The notes: a model not told the origin generated them from the letters alone. DNA of 64,000 nt from an uncultured archaeon (GCA_963777125.1 CAVZPN010000048.1:1-64000), one strand, 5' to 3'; positions 11,117-21,870 are shown, counted from the stretch's first letter. Numbers and translations: made by a program.

Positions 11117-11890
11117 ATGAAAACTAACAAACTAAAACCGGACAAATATATTAGCATTGCTGGATTTAAGGATCCAGAAGAAGTTAGAAGAGTAAGCTAC
11201 GAAATACAAAACTTAGACTTCGGATATCACAAAGTTATGTATGGCATACATTGCTCATCTAAAAGAATGAGAGACATATACACGGGAGGCGATAAATCTC
11301 CGGCAGTAATAAATATGGAAACACTAATATCATCAATTCCAGAAAATAGAATACCCGTAATACACTATTATTCAAATACTGAAAAAGCATATTCTGAATT
11401 ATCAGAATTAATAGAATATGTTCCGAATTTTAATCACATACAATTAAACATGGATTGGCCTAGTGTAAAAAATATAAATTGCTTAAAAGAAAAATTCCCT
11501 GACAGGAATTTAAAATTTGTATTACAATTGCCAGAAAGAGCAATATCTGCACTTAATGAAAATCAGATTGCAAGATTAGTACAAGCGTATGAAACAAGTG
11601 CCAACTACGTCTTAATAGACTTATCAGGAGGAAAAGGAAAAGAACTAGATATAGAACATAGTGCTAAAATGATTAACGCAATAATAGATAACAGCAGTAT
11701 GCCAATTAGTGTGGCTGGAGGATTAAGTCCTGATAATGTATCACAAATAATTTATTCATTAAGAGAAAAATGCGGCAACATGTTTAGTGTAGATGCGCAA
11801 GCAAAAATTAGAACTGAAGACGAAAAAAATATTGATGTAAATAAAGCTGCAGCATATTTTAAGAATTCGCTTGAAGCATTAATGAGGTAA
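11117..11890 (+). CDS. TrpF-like (phosphoribosylanthranilate isomerase-like) TIM-barrel protein
   Basis: LIDLSGGKGKELD ... ISVAGGLSPDNV ... FSVDAQAKI resembles the TrpF C-terminal phosphate-binding motifs. Confidence 0.45.
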   Translation: MKTNKLKPDKYISIAGFKDPEEVRRVSYEIQNLDFGYHKVMYGIHCSSKRMRDIYTGGDKSPAVINMETLISSIPENRIPVIHYYSNTEKAYSELSELIEYVPNFNHIQLNMDWPSVKNINCLKEKFPDRNLKFVLQLPERAISALNENQIARLVQAYETSANYVLIDLSGGKGKELDIEHSAKMINAIIDNSSMPISVAGGLSPDNVSQIIYSLREKCGNMFSVDAQAKIRTEDEKNIDVNKAAAYFKNSLEALMR

Positions 11891-11894
11891 TATC

Positions 11895-12611
11895 ATGAAA
11901 ACAATAATAGGAATGATACATTTATCTGGAGAAAATAGAAAAGAAAAAATAACTAGAGCATTAGAAGAACTAAATATTTATCAAAACAACGGAATAGATA
12001 GAATAATTATTGAAAATTATCATGCCTCAATAGAAGATACTACGGCATGCACTATAGCTATTATGCAAAAAGAAGTTAAACAATTTAGTATGATGCAATT
12101 AGGAGTAAATATACTCCCAAACAACTATGCACAAGCATTTGAATTAGCAGAAGCATTATCAATATACAGACCAGGATTTATACAATTAGATCACATAGCA
12201 GGAGAGTATTACCATACGACTGAAATAAACGAAAAACATTATCTAGATACCAAACTCAAATATCCAGAAATTAAAGTATATGGTGGAGTATGGCCTAAGT
12301 ATTATACTCCGATAAAGGGATGGCTATTAGAAGAAGACTTACAAGCAGCAATGAATAGATGTGATGCTATAGTTGTAACTGGAAACGCGACAGGAATAGA
12401 AACACCAACGTATAAAATAAAATTATTTAGAGAGATAATCGGAAATAAAGAATTAATAATAGGAGCAGGATTAAACAAAGATAATGCATATGAACAATTA
12501 TCAATAGCAAATGGTGCAATTGTTGGAAGTTATTTTAAAAATGGAAATACAAATGCAAAATTGGATGAAAATAGAATTAAAGAAATAATGGATATTGCTA
12601 ATAGCCTATAA
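11895..12611 (+). CDS. BtpA/SgcQ family TIM-barrel protein
   Basis: N-terminus IIGMIHLSG ... NGIDRIIIENYH matches the BtpA family signature; 4 bp from the TrpF-like gene. Confidence 0.55.
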   Translation: MKTIIGMIHLSGENRKEKITRALEELNIYQNNGIDRIIIENYHASIEDTTACTIAIMQKEVKQFSMMQLGVNILPNNYAQAFELAEALSIYRPGFIQLDHIAGEYYHTTEINEKHYLDTKLKYPEIKVYGGVWPKYYTPIKGWLLEEDLQAAMNRCDAIVVTGNATGIETPTYKIKLFREIIGNKELIIGAGLNKDNAYEQLSIANGAIVGSYFKNGNTNAKLDENRIKEIMDIANSL

Positions 12612-12616
12612 CAAAA

Positions 12617-13450
12617 TTAATTTTTGAATAAAGTATTCTTTTGAGATGCTAATATAAAATATACATTTTTAGGTTCTAAAACAGCTTGAGCAACACAATC
12701 ACATCCTAAACCTTTAAGACATAGTGGTCGTAAGAGGTTATTATTAGTATAAGGTAATAAATAAAATCCTAATCCACGATCACTCGAATTTGGCGAAAAT
12801 GAATTACCATACTTAGGCTTGGAGTTTCTAAATATATTACTAAATGAAAGAGCAGAAAAGTTTAATATAGTACTAAAAAACACATGAGCGAATTCTTTCA
12901 ATACTATACGCCCATATTGTGTATCGCCTACCGATGCAATCCAAAGAGGATCTTCTAATAATTCAGTATATTTTAATGCTTTATTATATTTAATTTTATT
13001 AATCTTTATTATTGTACCATCAACAGAATCATAAGAAACATCTAAAAAATCTTTTGTATCAGAAGAAATGTTTATTAATTCTTTAGACTCAGGAATAATT
13101 TTTATTTCAGTTATTTTTTTAACATCCTTTTTATAACTTATACCTGTACAAGTAAATTTATCATGAAGTTTCAATCCAAATCTATCCACTACAGATCTCA
13201 AATCCCCATTCAAATCTCTAGCAACATTATAATTAATAACAACAGCTTCTAATGATTCTAACATTGTTAATGGACGATAAATAGTAGTGCCATCTAATTT
13301 AACAAAAGTAGGCTGTTTATAATTAGAATCTAAAGGTATAGACCGAATATAATTTACACCTAAAGCATAAGTATCAAAACTATTACTACGTTCGTAATTC
13401 TTAGAAGGTATAACACTAGGATAAACTGGAAGCACTGTTTCAACACTCAT
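12617..13450 (-). CDS. Hypothetical protein
   Basis: Intact 277-aa ORF. Confidence 0.4.
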   Translation of the reverse strand: MSVETVLPVYPSVIPSKNYERSNSFDTYALGVNYIRSIPLDSNYKQPTFVKLDGTTIYRPLTMLESLEAVVINYNVARDLNGDLRSVVDRFGLKLHDKFTCTGISYKKDVKKITEIKIIPESKELINISSDTKDFLDVSYDSVDGTIIKINKIKYNKALKYTELLEDPLWIASVGDTQYGRIVLKEFAHVFFSTILNFSALSFSNIFRNSKPKYGNSFSPNSSDRGLGFYLLPYTNNNLLRPLCLKGLGCDCVAQAVLEPKNVYFILASQKNTLFKN

Positions 13451-13672
13451 TATATACCACCTAAACTAATAAAATATTATTATTACTATATCGTAGATAT
13501 AATATATTTATAAATTTATCCCATACATACAGGATTTTAAAAATTTTTAATCTAAACAAAAACATTAATTCTAAACCTCAGACTTATAACTATTATAAAC
13601 ATCAATGTTAAACATCAAATCACTAAAAAAGCAAATCACAAGATTTTTTAATAACTTATTTTTCTTTAAATT

Positions 13673-14068
13673 ATGTATATTCCAAAACGTTATGGTGAAA
13701 CTAGAGTTGACTCATGTCCATTCTGTGGAAGATCAGCATTAATTAAAAATTCTCAAGGTCTTGCAGTATGCCGAGATCATAAAGATAAGACTCTTGATAA
13801 TATGAAGTGTGCTTGTGGAGAATATTTACTCACACAGCAAGGTAAATTCGGAGTATTCTTTAATTGCTTTAAGTGTGGAAATATTAACTTAAAAAAAGCT
13901 CTTGAAATAAATTCTCAAATTATTGCAAAAACAATGAATGCGGAACCAAAAGTTGAAGTTAAAAAACAATCATCAACTTCTTCATCATCGACAAAAAAAG
14001 AATTTGTTCGAAAGGATATTGCCGTAAGAGATCAAGTAGTTAGAAGTGATGATCCTAGATATTTCTAA
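13673..14068 (+). CDS. Double zinc-ribbon protein
   Basis: CPFCG...C..H and C.CG...CFKCG Cys pairs. Confidence 0.45.
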   Translation: MYIPKRYGETRVDSCPFCGRSALIKNSQGLAVCRDHKDKTLDNMKCACGEYLLTQQGKFGVFFNCFKCGNINLKKALEINSQIIAKTMNAEPKVEVKKQSSTSSSSTKKEFVRKDIAVRDQVVRSDDPRYF

Positions 14069-14156
14069 TTAAACTTAATAACACTAAAAATTGAATAACA
14101 CAAATACTAAAACTATTTAAAATCAATCAAATACCAATTAATTAAACATAATTAAA

Positions 14157-14633
14157 ATGAATCCTAACTCCTATTTTCCAAAAACAAAATTAGAAGACTA
14201 TCTTAAATATAGAAGTGAAATTGCTGCCCAAACAAATCTTGCAACTATTAGATTTGAAGTATATCCGGATAAAACAGATACAATCTATAATGAATTTAAT
14301 AATAAAATAGATCAAATATATTCTCGATATGCAAATGCAATACATTTAGATGATGTATACGCATTCAATAATCTAATTGATTTAGAATCATTTTTAAAAG
14401 AAGACTTAGAATTATCAGAACACGAAATAAGAGAAGCGATTAATCACGAAAAAGAAAATTTAAACAAGATGGCTAAATCAGGATATCTTCCTAAAGGATT
14501 TGGGTGTATATTATTAAAGGATAAAAACAATAAACCAACATATGCAATTCAAACACACATTGATGCTAAAATAATACCATATACTGATTGGATTAATATG
14601 ATCAGCACCGAAAAAAACTTAGAATATAAATAA
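14157..14633 (+). CDS. Hypothetical protein
   Basis: Intact 158-aa ORF. Confidence 0.4.
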   Translation: MNPNSYFPKTKLEDYLKYRSEIAAQTNLATIRFEVYPDKTDTIYNEFNNKIDQIYSRYANAIHLDDVYAFNNLIDLESFLKEDLELSEHEIREAINHEKENLNKMAKSGYLPKGFGCILLKDKNNKPTYAIQTHIDAKIIPYTDWINMISTEKNLEYK

Positions 14634-14692
14634 TAATTACTTCAGAATAGTGAAACGAAACAAATATAAAGGAATAAGATTTCTCAATTAAT

Positions 14693-15238
14693 ATGATAAA
14701 CTTAAAAGATGAACTAAAAAACGCAATAAAAAATAATCAACTATATGACGGCGAAAAAGGAGTATATTTAATACACTCAAAAGTAGCTGAAACTGAAAGA
14801 ATAGAAGATATAATTGCAAAAGGAAAAAGCGATAAAGCTTCTAAAAATGAATATAATATTGCTAACTATCTCTCACAAAATAGAGTAAATGTTCCAAAAA
14901 ATCTAATATTAATCAAACCTGATCCAATATCTGAAATAGTGATGCACCCTAAAACAGCATTAACTAGACATTATTTTGCATTTCAAAAAGTCGCAGGAGT
15001 AAGTATTGATGAAGTAAAAGAAGGATTACTAGATATTGCAATAAAACAATACGAAAATTTATTAAGAAAAACGTTAAATGCGGGAATTTGTCCCATCATA
15101 CCATCTTTAACAGGAGGATTAACAGGAAATCCTATATTTAGTTATGATAGATGTCAAACGTACTTAACAGATTTTGAAGGATGGCATTACGGTACTGTAA
15201 AAGAATTAGAATTAGCACGTAAAAAACTACTAAAATAA
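14693..15238 (+). CDS. Hypothetical protein
   Basis: Intact 181-aa ORF. Confidence 0.4.
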   Translation: MINLKDELKNAIKNNQLYDGEKGVYLIHSKVAETERIEDIIAKGKSDKASKNEYNIANYLSQNRVNVPKNLILIKPDPISEIVMHPKTALTRHYFAFQKVAGVSIDEVKEGLLDIAIKQYENLLRKTLNAGICPIIPSLTGGLTGNPIFSYDRCQTYLTDFEGWHYGTVKELELARKKLLK

Positions 15239-15298
15239 ATATTAATATCAAAATAGTAAAACAGTAAATAATATTAATAAACTAGTTAAAAAAAAAGT

Positions 15299-16618
15299 TT
15301 ATTCTATTTTAAATCTATGCCCGTTTTTTAATAAGAAACAATTTTTATTTTCTTTATAACCCATTTCTTCAGCTAGTTCTAAAAATTGTTCAGCAGTTGC
15401 AGTCTCTGAATGAAAAGGCAATAATATTTCTGGTTCAACAAAATTAATCAAATCTCTTTGATCTTCTCTTGCACCATGTCCCGATACATGAATATCTCTA
15501 AAAATTCTTACCTTTTTAGCCTTTAATTCAGATTCCATTGCTTCTCTGTTTTTAATATTTGCTTCACCAGGAATTATTTGACAACTAAAAATTACAATAT
15601 CTTCCTTCTTAAATTTAAAGTAATGATTAAATATCATTCTTGCAAGTACACTTTTAGGTTCACCTTGATGTCCAGTTACAACAAATACATAATCTTCAGG
15701 ATTTTTACAATTCTTTAAGAACTTTTGAACCTGTTGACGATATTTTATAATCTTTGCATGCTTTGAAAATTCTACTACGCCACAATTTTCTCCAGCAACA
15801 ATATATTTATCTAAACTTCTACCTAAAAATACTACTTGCCTATTAAGCTGTTTTGAGAATTCCATAATAGATTTTATTCTAGCCATATGACTTGAAAAAG
15901 TAGAAATAATCATTGCTTTATCTTTACTATTAGTACTAATCATTACTTCACGTAATAATTCTTTAGCGACAGATTCAGAAGGAGTCTTTATTGCTTTGTG
16001 AGCATATAATGAATCAACAATTAATGCTTTAACATTCTTTAATTCTTTTAATCTACCGATATTAGACTTCAAACCTAAAGTTGGTTGATTATCTAATTTG
16101 AAATCATTTGAATGAACAATAGAACCATACTTTGTATGCACAACAATTACTGCTGCATGAATAACAGAATGAGTGATGCTAATAAATTCTATCTTAATAT
16201 TATCCGATACTTTAAACATCGAATTAATATCGTGCGAAATTAATTTATTATGAACTTTTATCTCTTTATCAGCAATTAATGTTTTTAAAACTTCCATAGT
16301 ATAAGGTGTTCCATGTATTGCACACTTAAATTTAGAAGCTAAAAAAGGAACAGCACCAACATGATCAAGATGCGCATGACTAATACAAATTGCTTTAGTT
16401 AAAGGAATCCAATCTTCAATTAATCCAATATTTGGAACAGCTTTAATTTCAATTAATTTATTTAATGATAAATCAACATCATCATCATCACCGGTATAAT
16501 CAATATAATGTTGTAAATGTAAACCCATATCAATTATTACAACTTCATCATCAACACGAATTGCAGTACAATTTTTACCAACTTCACGATAACCACCAAC
16601 AGGCATAATTTCAATCAT
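15299..16618 (-). CDS. rnj: Archaeal RNase J (beta-CASP metallo-beta-lactamase ribonuclease)
   Basis: HAHLDHVGAVPFL (HxHxDH), further His/Asp ligands, length about 440 aa typical of aRNase J. Confidence 0.8.
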   Translation of the reverse strand: MIEIMPVGGYREVGKNCTAIRVDDEVVIIDMGLHLQHYIDYTGDDDDVDLSLNKLIEIKAVPNIGLIEDWIPLTKAICISHAHLDHVGAVPFLASKFKCAIHGTPYTMEVLKTLIADKEIKVHNKLISHDINSMFKVSDNIKIEFISITHSVIHAAVIVVHTKYGSIVHSNDFKLDNQPTLGLKSNIGRLKELKNVKALIVDSLYAHKAIKTPSESVAKELLREVMISTNSKDKAMIISTFSSHMARIKSIMEFSKQLNRQVVFLGRSLDKYIVAGENCGVVEFSKHAKIIKYRQQVQKFLKNCKNPEDYVFVVTGHQGEPKSVLARMIFNHYFKFKKEDIVIFSCQIIPGEANIKNREAMESELKAKKVRIFRDIHVSGHGAREDQRDLINFVEPEILLPFHSETATAEQFLELAEEMGYKENKNCFLLKNGHRFKIE

Positions 16619-16875
16619 TTTAAAACCTCTAAAATACTATTTCACTATTAGTAATTGGCCAAATAAGCCAATATAATCAATATAAATCAAGTATCTGGGC
16701 AAAGAGTATAAAAATATTTGTTTTTTGAAGAAAGTAGTTTTCTTATAACACAGATTTATTAGAAATTTCGATGGACTCACGTTTTCGTGAGGACATCATT
16801 TTTACTAAATCCCAAAGAAACAAAGTTTCTTGGGCGCAAGAATTTTCAATTCTTTGCGTTTTTATAAAAAAATTT

Positions 16876-16958
16876 GCGGGGAAGAGGATTCGAACCCCTG
16901 AAGGCACTAAGCCAGAGGATTTTGAGTCCACCCCATTTGGCCACTTTGGTATCCCCGC
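16876..16958 (-). tRNA. tRNA-Leu, class II with long variable arm, anticodon CAA; no encoded CCA
   Basis: 7-bp acceptor stem GCGGGGA/UCCCCGC, T-arm AGGGG-TTCGAAT-CCTCT, variable arm GGC-TTAGT-GCC, anticodon loop CU-CAA-AA. One T-T mismatch in the anticodon stem. Confidence 0.7.
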
Positions 16959-17034
16959 ATAAATATAATGCATTTTATGTATAGTTATAGAACTACCTAA
17001 TCATTTATAAAATTATTTGAAGAAAATAAAATAA

Positions 17035-17655
17035 TTACAAGTTTTTCAACTTTAGTTCAATACTTGCTAAAGAATCTTCTAATTTTTCTAGTTCAGTTTT
17101 CTCTTTTACAGCTTCTTTTGGTTTAGAAACTTGAGCAGGAGCAACTTTTTTAACTTCAACTTTTGTTTCTTCTTTTTTAATAAGAGTTTCAGGGAATCTT
17201 GATTGATACTTTGGTAATTTATCTCTAAATTTCTTATTTAGATAGAGTAATTCTTTTAACGATATTTTTAATGTCTTTAATTCTTCAAGTTTCTTTTGTC
17301 TTATTAACAAGATCTTTTGATGACTCTTAAGACAGAATAATATCTTTCTTGAACTTTCAAGAAGATGCCTTCTATAATCTAATGGTGCTGTTAAATATAC
17401 AAAACAAATATCATCATTTGGCGACACTGCTATTGTAACTTCCTTTTTATGTGAAAGATTAGCAACTTTACCATTTTCTATTGTAGAAACTTTAGAATTA
17501 AAATTGTTAGTAGAATCGACTGCGTTAGCTACTTTATTTTTCTTTGTCGCAACTACTAGTTTAGCATTAGTCTCTAAACTAGGTAGCACTTTAACTTTAA
17601 TTTCGGGTGCTTTTACTACTTTTGGTGATACGATTTTATTTTTATTCATTTTCAA
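17035..17655 (-). CDS. Hypothetical Lys-rich protein
   Basis: Intact ORF, last of three co-directional genes. Confidence 0.4.
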   Translation of the reverse strand: MKMNKNKIVSPKVVKAPEIKVKVLPSLETNAKLVVATKKNKVANAVDSTNNFNSKVSTIENGKVANLSHKKEVTIAVSPNDDICFVYLTAPLDYRRHLLESSRKILFCLKSHQKILLIRQKKLEELKTLKISLKELLYLNKKFRDKLPKYQSRFPETLIKKEETKVEVKKVAPAQVSKPKEAVKEKTELEKLEDSLASIELKLKNL

Positions 17656-17875
17656 AGAATGCCGAATCTATAAATGCTAATCTTCTTGAGATTTCAACGA
17701 TGTTTTTTTCCCATTCTTGAATTTCTCTATCTTCTTCAGCCTTTAATTCCTTAATTTTTTCTAGTGTTTGTGTTGTTTCCTTTAACTTTTGTTTCATCAC
17801 ATCAACTATGTTTAAGACTTCTCTATAATCGGCTATTTTAACAAAAACTGGTAAACTTTTATCCATAAATATCAC
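17642..17875 (-). CDS. Small coiled-coil protein
   Basis: 77-aa ORF with heptad-like pattern. Confidence 0.35.
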   Translation of the reverse strand: MIFMDKSLPVFVKIADYREVLNIVDVMKQKLKETTQTLEKIKELKAEEDREIQEWEKNIVEISRRLAFIDSAFFENE

Positions 17876-17877
17876 CT

Positions 17878-18675
17878 TTACTGTGCAAAAATTCTCTTAT
17901 CAATACTGGTCAATCGTTTATATAATTGTTCCATTTGATTTTTTGATTCTAAATATAATGATTCTTCACGTCTAAGTATTGCTTCATAATTACCTAATCT
18001 TGAATCAATCTTATTTATTGATTTAGAAATTTGATCTAATTCTAAAAATGCTTTATTGTATTCTTTTTCACGAACAAATAATTCTACCGGTGTTACAATA
18101 GTAGATTTTTCTATTGATGCAGGCTCAGAAATAATCTCAGATACTTGTTCTTCTTCTTTGAAGTTAGGTAAATCTTGACCGAAATCAGAAATTTTAGGTT
18201 CTTCTATTTTATCTTCCTTATAAGGTTCGAAATTGTTCCAATCTGGTTCTTGCCAATTATCACTCATAAATAATTTTTTTAAATCATCAACATCTAAATA
18301 TGCACTACCATTAGTTCCAAGATTTGTTGCGCCATACTTATCGGAAATATCATCTGATGGAGGCATACTAAAGTCCAATGTTGGAACATTTACTGATAAT
18401 GATTTAGATTCTAATGGTTGAGGAATAGCCGCAGGAATAGTTAATTGAGGTAAGTTAGAATTGTTATTAGAAGCCGGAGGAAATGCCGATATAGAATCAA
18501 TATTAGTATTCGTATTATTATTCATATTTAAATTCAAATTAGCATTTGTATTACTAAGCTCTAAAGAAGGAAAATCGGCAGGAATGTCCAAATCATCTAT
18601 TGGATTCAAATTATTAGCAGCTGGCGTTGGAATGGGATCTACAACCTTCTTATTTAAAAAATCAAATAACCCCAT
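17878..18675 (-). CDS. Asn/Pro-rich low-complexity protein with C-terminal coiled coil
   Basis: Intact ORF; strongly biased composition. Confidence 0.4.
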   Translation of the reverse strand: MGLFDFLNKKVVDPIPTPAANNLNPIDDLDIPADFPSLELSNTNANLNLNMNNNTNTNIDSISAFPPASNNNSNLPQLTIPAAIPQPLESKSLSVNVPTLDFSMPPSDDISDKYGATNLGTNGSAYLDVDDLKKLFMSDNWQEPDWNNFEPYKEDKIEEPKISDFGQDLPNFKEEEQVSEIISEPASIEKSTIVTPVELFVREKEYNKAFLELDQISKSINKIDSRLGNYEAILRREESLYLESKNQMEQLYKRLTSIDKRIFAQ

Positions 18676-18845
18676 TACTACACCCCTCTTTTATATAAAT
18701 AAACATATTTAGGGAGAGTATTAAAAGTTTTCTTATTATTAGATAATGGTAAAACAATAAATAAGATGATAACATATATTAACAATATTTGAGAAATACA
18801 TAAAAATATAACAAAATTTAATACTACTACTAACAATATAATTAT

Positions 18846-19949
18846 ATGACATTAAAAAAATTAAAAGAAATCACCAAATATGTTACAGTATTAAAAGATA
18901 ATACTCTACAATGCGAGCTATGCCCTAATAATTGTATTATTTTAAATAATAAATACGGATTATGTAATGCTAGAATAAATATTAATGGAAAATTATATAG
19001 TACAGTGTACGGTTATCCTTGTAGCATACAAATTGATCCTATAGAAAAAAAACCATTATATCACTATTATCCTACTGAAAAAATACTATCTATAGGAACA
19101 GCGGGATGCAATTTATTCTGTAAAGGTTGTCAAAATTTTGAAATAGCAAGAGCAAAACCTTCAATTAATTATCAACTAGAATTAAATATAAAAGAAAAAT
19201 ATTACTCTCCAAAAGAAATTGTAGATATAGCAATTCAAAATAACATTCAACTAATAGCGTACACGTATAATGAGCCCACAATATTTTTCGAATATATGAT
19301 AGATATTGCAAAAATTGCAAAAGAAAATAATATAAAAAATATTTTAGTTAGTAATGGATTCATAAATCCTGAGCCCCTTAAAGAACTATGTAAATATATA
19401 GACGCCGCAAATATAGATATTAAAAGTATTAACAATAATTTTTACAAAGAATATTGTCATGGAACCATCAACCCTGTTTTAAAAACAATAAAAACATTAC
19501 ACGAAAATAATATTTGGTTAGAACTAACAACATTAATTATCCCTAATCTAAATGATGCTAATGATGAAATCTCCCTATTATGTAAATGGATAGTAAAAAA
19601 CATAGGTAAAGAAGTACCATTACACTTTTCAAGATTCTACCCTTACTATAAGTTAACAAATATTAGTCCAACTAGTGAACAAAAATTATTTGAAGCCAAA
19701 AATATTGCATTAAGTAATAAGATAAAATATGTATATATAGGAAATTTAAGTAAAATAGAGAATACTTATTGTAGTAAATGTAATCAATTATTAATAAATC
19801 GTAATATAGTCACATTTACCAGAACTAACTTAATAAAAAATGAAAATAAAACACATACAGAACTTAAACATATCAAACAAAATATCAAGACACATAATAT
19901 TAAATGTCCTAATTGTTCACAAATTCTAAAAGGAGTATTTAAAAAATAA
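18846..19949 (+). CDS. Radical SAM enzyme, PflA/AmmeMemoRadiSam-type, with C-terminal zinc-ribbon extension
   Basis: N-terminal C-x-L-C-P-x-x-C ... GLC motif followed by CNLFCKGC (CxxxCxxC radical SAM cluster site); C-terminus CSKC...CPNC. Confidence 0.65.
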   Translation: MTLKKLKEITKYVTVLKDNTLQCELCPNNCIILNNKYGLCNARININGKLYSTVYGYPCSIQIDPIEKKPLYHYYPTEKILSIGTAGCNLFCKGCQNFEIARAKPSINYQLELNIKEKYYSPKEIVDIAIQNNIQLIAYTYNEPTIFFEYMIDIAKIAKENNIKNILVSNGFINPEPLKELCKYIDAANIDIKSINNNFYKEYCHGTINPVLKTIKTLHENNIWLELTTLIIPNLNDANDEISLLCKWIVKNIGKEVPLHFSRFYPYYKLTNISPTSEQKLFEAKNIALSNKIKYVYIGNLSKIENTYCSKCNQLLINRNIVTFTRTNLIKNENKTHTELKHIKQNIKTHNIKCPNCSQILKGVFKK

Positions 19950-20042
19950 CCATACTAATTAACGTAAAACTTACTATTCTTTCGAAAAATATACGATAAT
20001 TAACGCGTTAAACTTATTAAAAAAAGAAGCATACTAATATCT

Positions 20043-21734
20043 ATGAGGAAAAATAGCACTAACATAAATAAAAGTAGTACAAAATTAAATATTATTGGAA
20101 TCACTCTGATTATAACACTAATACAATTTATATCCTTAACATATGCATTAAGTATTACTGAAATAATGTTTAATCCACAAGGATCAGATACTGGCAGAGA
20201 ATGGATTGAATTGACATTAAATGAAACTGATGGATGTATAAATATTAGCGAATACACATTATTTGAAGAAAACACCAACCATAAACTATATGTCTATAAT
20301 AAAGAAGATACTTGCGATTACGCATTAATATATTCAGATATAAACAAATTATTACAAGACTATAATTATCTTAACGACACTTACTTTCCACTATATAAAA
20401 GCTCATTTAGTTTAAGTAATACTGGCGAAATACTTCGATTAAAACATGATAACGACACAGTATATGAAATTAATTATACTACATTAATTAATGAAACAAA
20501 AATCACCGAAGGACATAGTTTAGAATATAAGAATAATATATGGCGAAATTCAGAATTAGTAGGAGGAGATCCATTAAATCTTATTGAAGATGCAATTAAA
20601 ATTGCAGACAACACATCAAATACATCTACAAATATAATTAATACTACCTCGGATAATAATATCAATAGTACAGACACAATTAACATAACCGCAATTAACA
20701 GAACAAACAATATAACTAATTATTACATTATGGACAATAATACGCTCATTAATAATACTTATAACATAAATGAATCTGAAAATATAATTATAAACAACAC
20801 CAACACTATTGAAATAATCAATAATACACCTGTAATAAATAATAATACTCCGCTAGAGAACAACATAACAAATAATAATACAATTGAATATAACAACATT
20901 GAAAACATCACAAACAATACGACTATATCCCTAAATCAAAGCAACAACACTTGCCGCGCATATATAAGCATATTACTAAAAAATGATTCTATAATACAAG
21001 AAAACGATATTCCAATAAAATTCTATAACATACTCACAATTGAATATAATCATACAGGGAACAGCACTCGAAATACAAATGAACTAAACTACTCAATAGA
21101 GTATTGGGTAGAAGATTTATTTGGAAATATCGTAAAAAACAAACTGCTAACAATTAATCAAAATGAAAAAACATTCACACCAAATATATTTGAAGAGGAC
21201 AGGATATTAAAAATAAAAAATAATATTAAATATATTAATTGTGAAAGTATAATTAATTATAGTGAAAAAACTATATTAATAAAAAATTCACTATACACTA
21301 AAACTTTAAACGTTTGCCCAAAATGTATTACTTCAAGCGTCAACTGCGAGGATAAAGTAATAGCAAAACCCATCATTATAAAAGATAATTATACTTCATG
21401 TGTTAAAGAAAACTCCACGAAACCAGTAATAAAAATTATTAACATATGTAATAAAACAGATTCTAATGAAAATATAATTTCCATAACTTCAAATCCTCAA
21501 CTAGCAAACAACCTTAATAACAATAATAATTTTAATAACATAATAACCGTAAGCAACAATACTAGCACTAATAAAAATAATAATAAATTCACAAATAATA
21601 TTATTTATGAATCCCAAAATCTACAAAACAAACTATATGCAATTATTGGATTAATTATAGTAACTATTATTAGCCTAATTTTGCTAATTAGAAGATATTT
21701 TCTAATAATAAAAGGTAAAAAAGAAGCCATATAA
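20043..21734 (+). CDS. Surface protein with a lamin-tail domain (LTD), long Asn/Thr/Ile-rich sequon-dense region and C-terminal TM anchor
   Basis: N-terminal TM/signal; ITEIMFNPQGSDTGREWIELTLN ... FSLSNTGEILRL matches LTD motifs; dozens of N-x-T/S sequons; C-terminal hydrophobic helix then KGKKEAI. Confidence 0.6.
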   Translation: MRKNSTNINKSSTKLNIIGITLIITLIQFISLTYALSITEIMFNPQGSDTGREWIELTLNETDGCINISEYTLFEENTNHKLYVYNKEDTCDYALIYSDINKLLQDYNYLNDTYFPLYKSSFSLSNTGEILRLKHDNDTVYEINYTTLINETKITEGHSLEYKNNIWRNSELVGGDPLNLIEDAIKIADNTSNTSTNIINTTSDNNINSTDTINITAINRTNNITNYYIMDNNTLINNTYNINESENIIINNTNTIEIINNTPVINNNTPLENNITNNNTIEYNNIENITNNTTISLNQSNNTCRAYISILLKNDSIIQENDIPIKFYNILTIEYNHTGNSTRNTNELNYSIEYWVEDLFGNIVKNKLLTINQNEKTFTPNIFEEDRILKIKNNIKYINCESIINYSEKTILIKNSLYTKTLNVCPKCITSSVNCEDKVIAKPIIIKDNYTSCVKENSTKPVIKIINICNKTDSNENIISITSNPQLANNLNNNNNFNNIITVSNNTSTNKNNNKFTNNIIYESQNLQNKLYAIIGLIIVTIISLILLIRRYFLIIKGKKEAI

Positions 21735-21870
21735 AGAATAAAAGGTAAGTGGTATATAGATAAGCATTAAACATTCTTAAACGATAGATTTATAAAAAAA
21801 GAATAGTTTATTCCAATATAAGATTAGGGAATATTAGTAAATAAATACCATAAAATAATATAAATCAAAG

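Noticed and set aside
16743-16973. Two overlapping small ORFs (76 aa minus, 63 aa plus)
   Set aside because: They overlap the tRNA-Leu gene and its hairpin-rich trailer; a non-coding explanation is sufficient.
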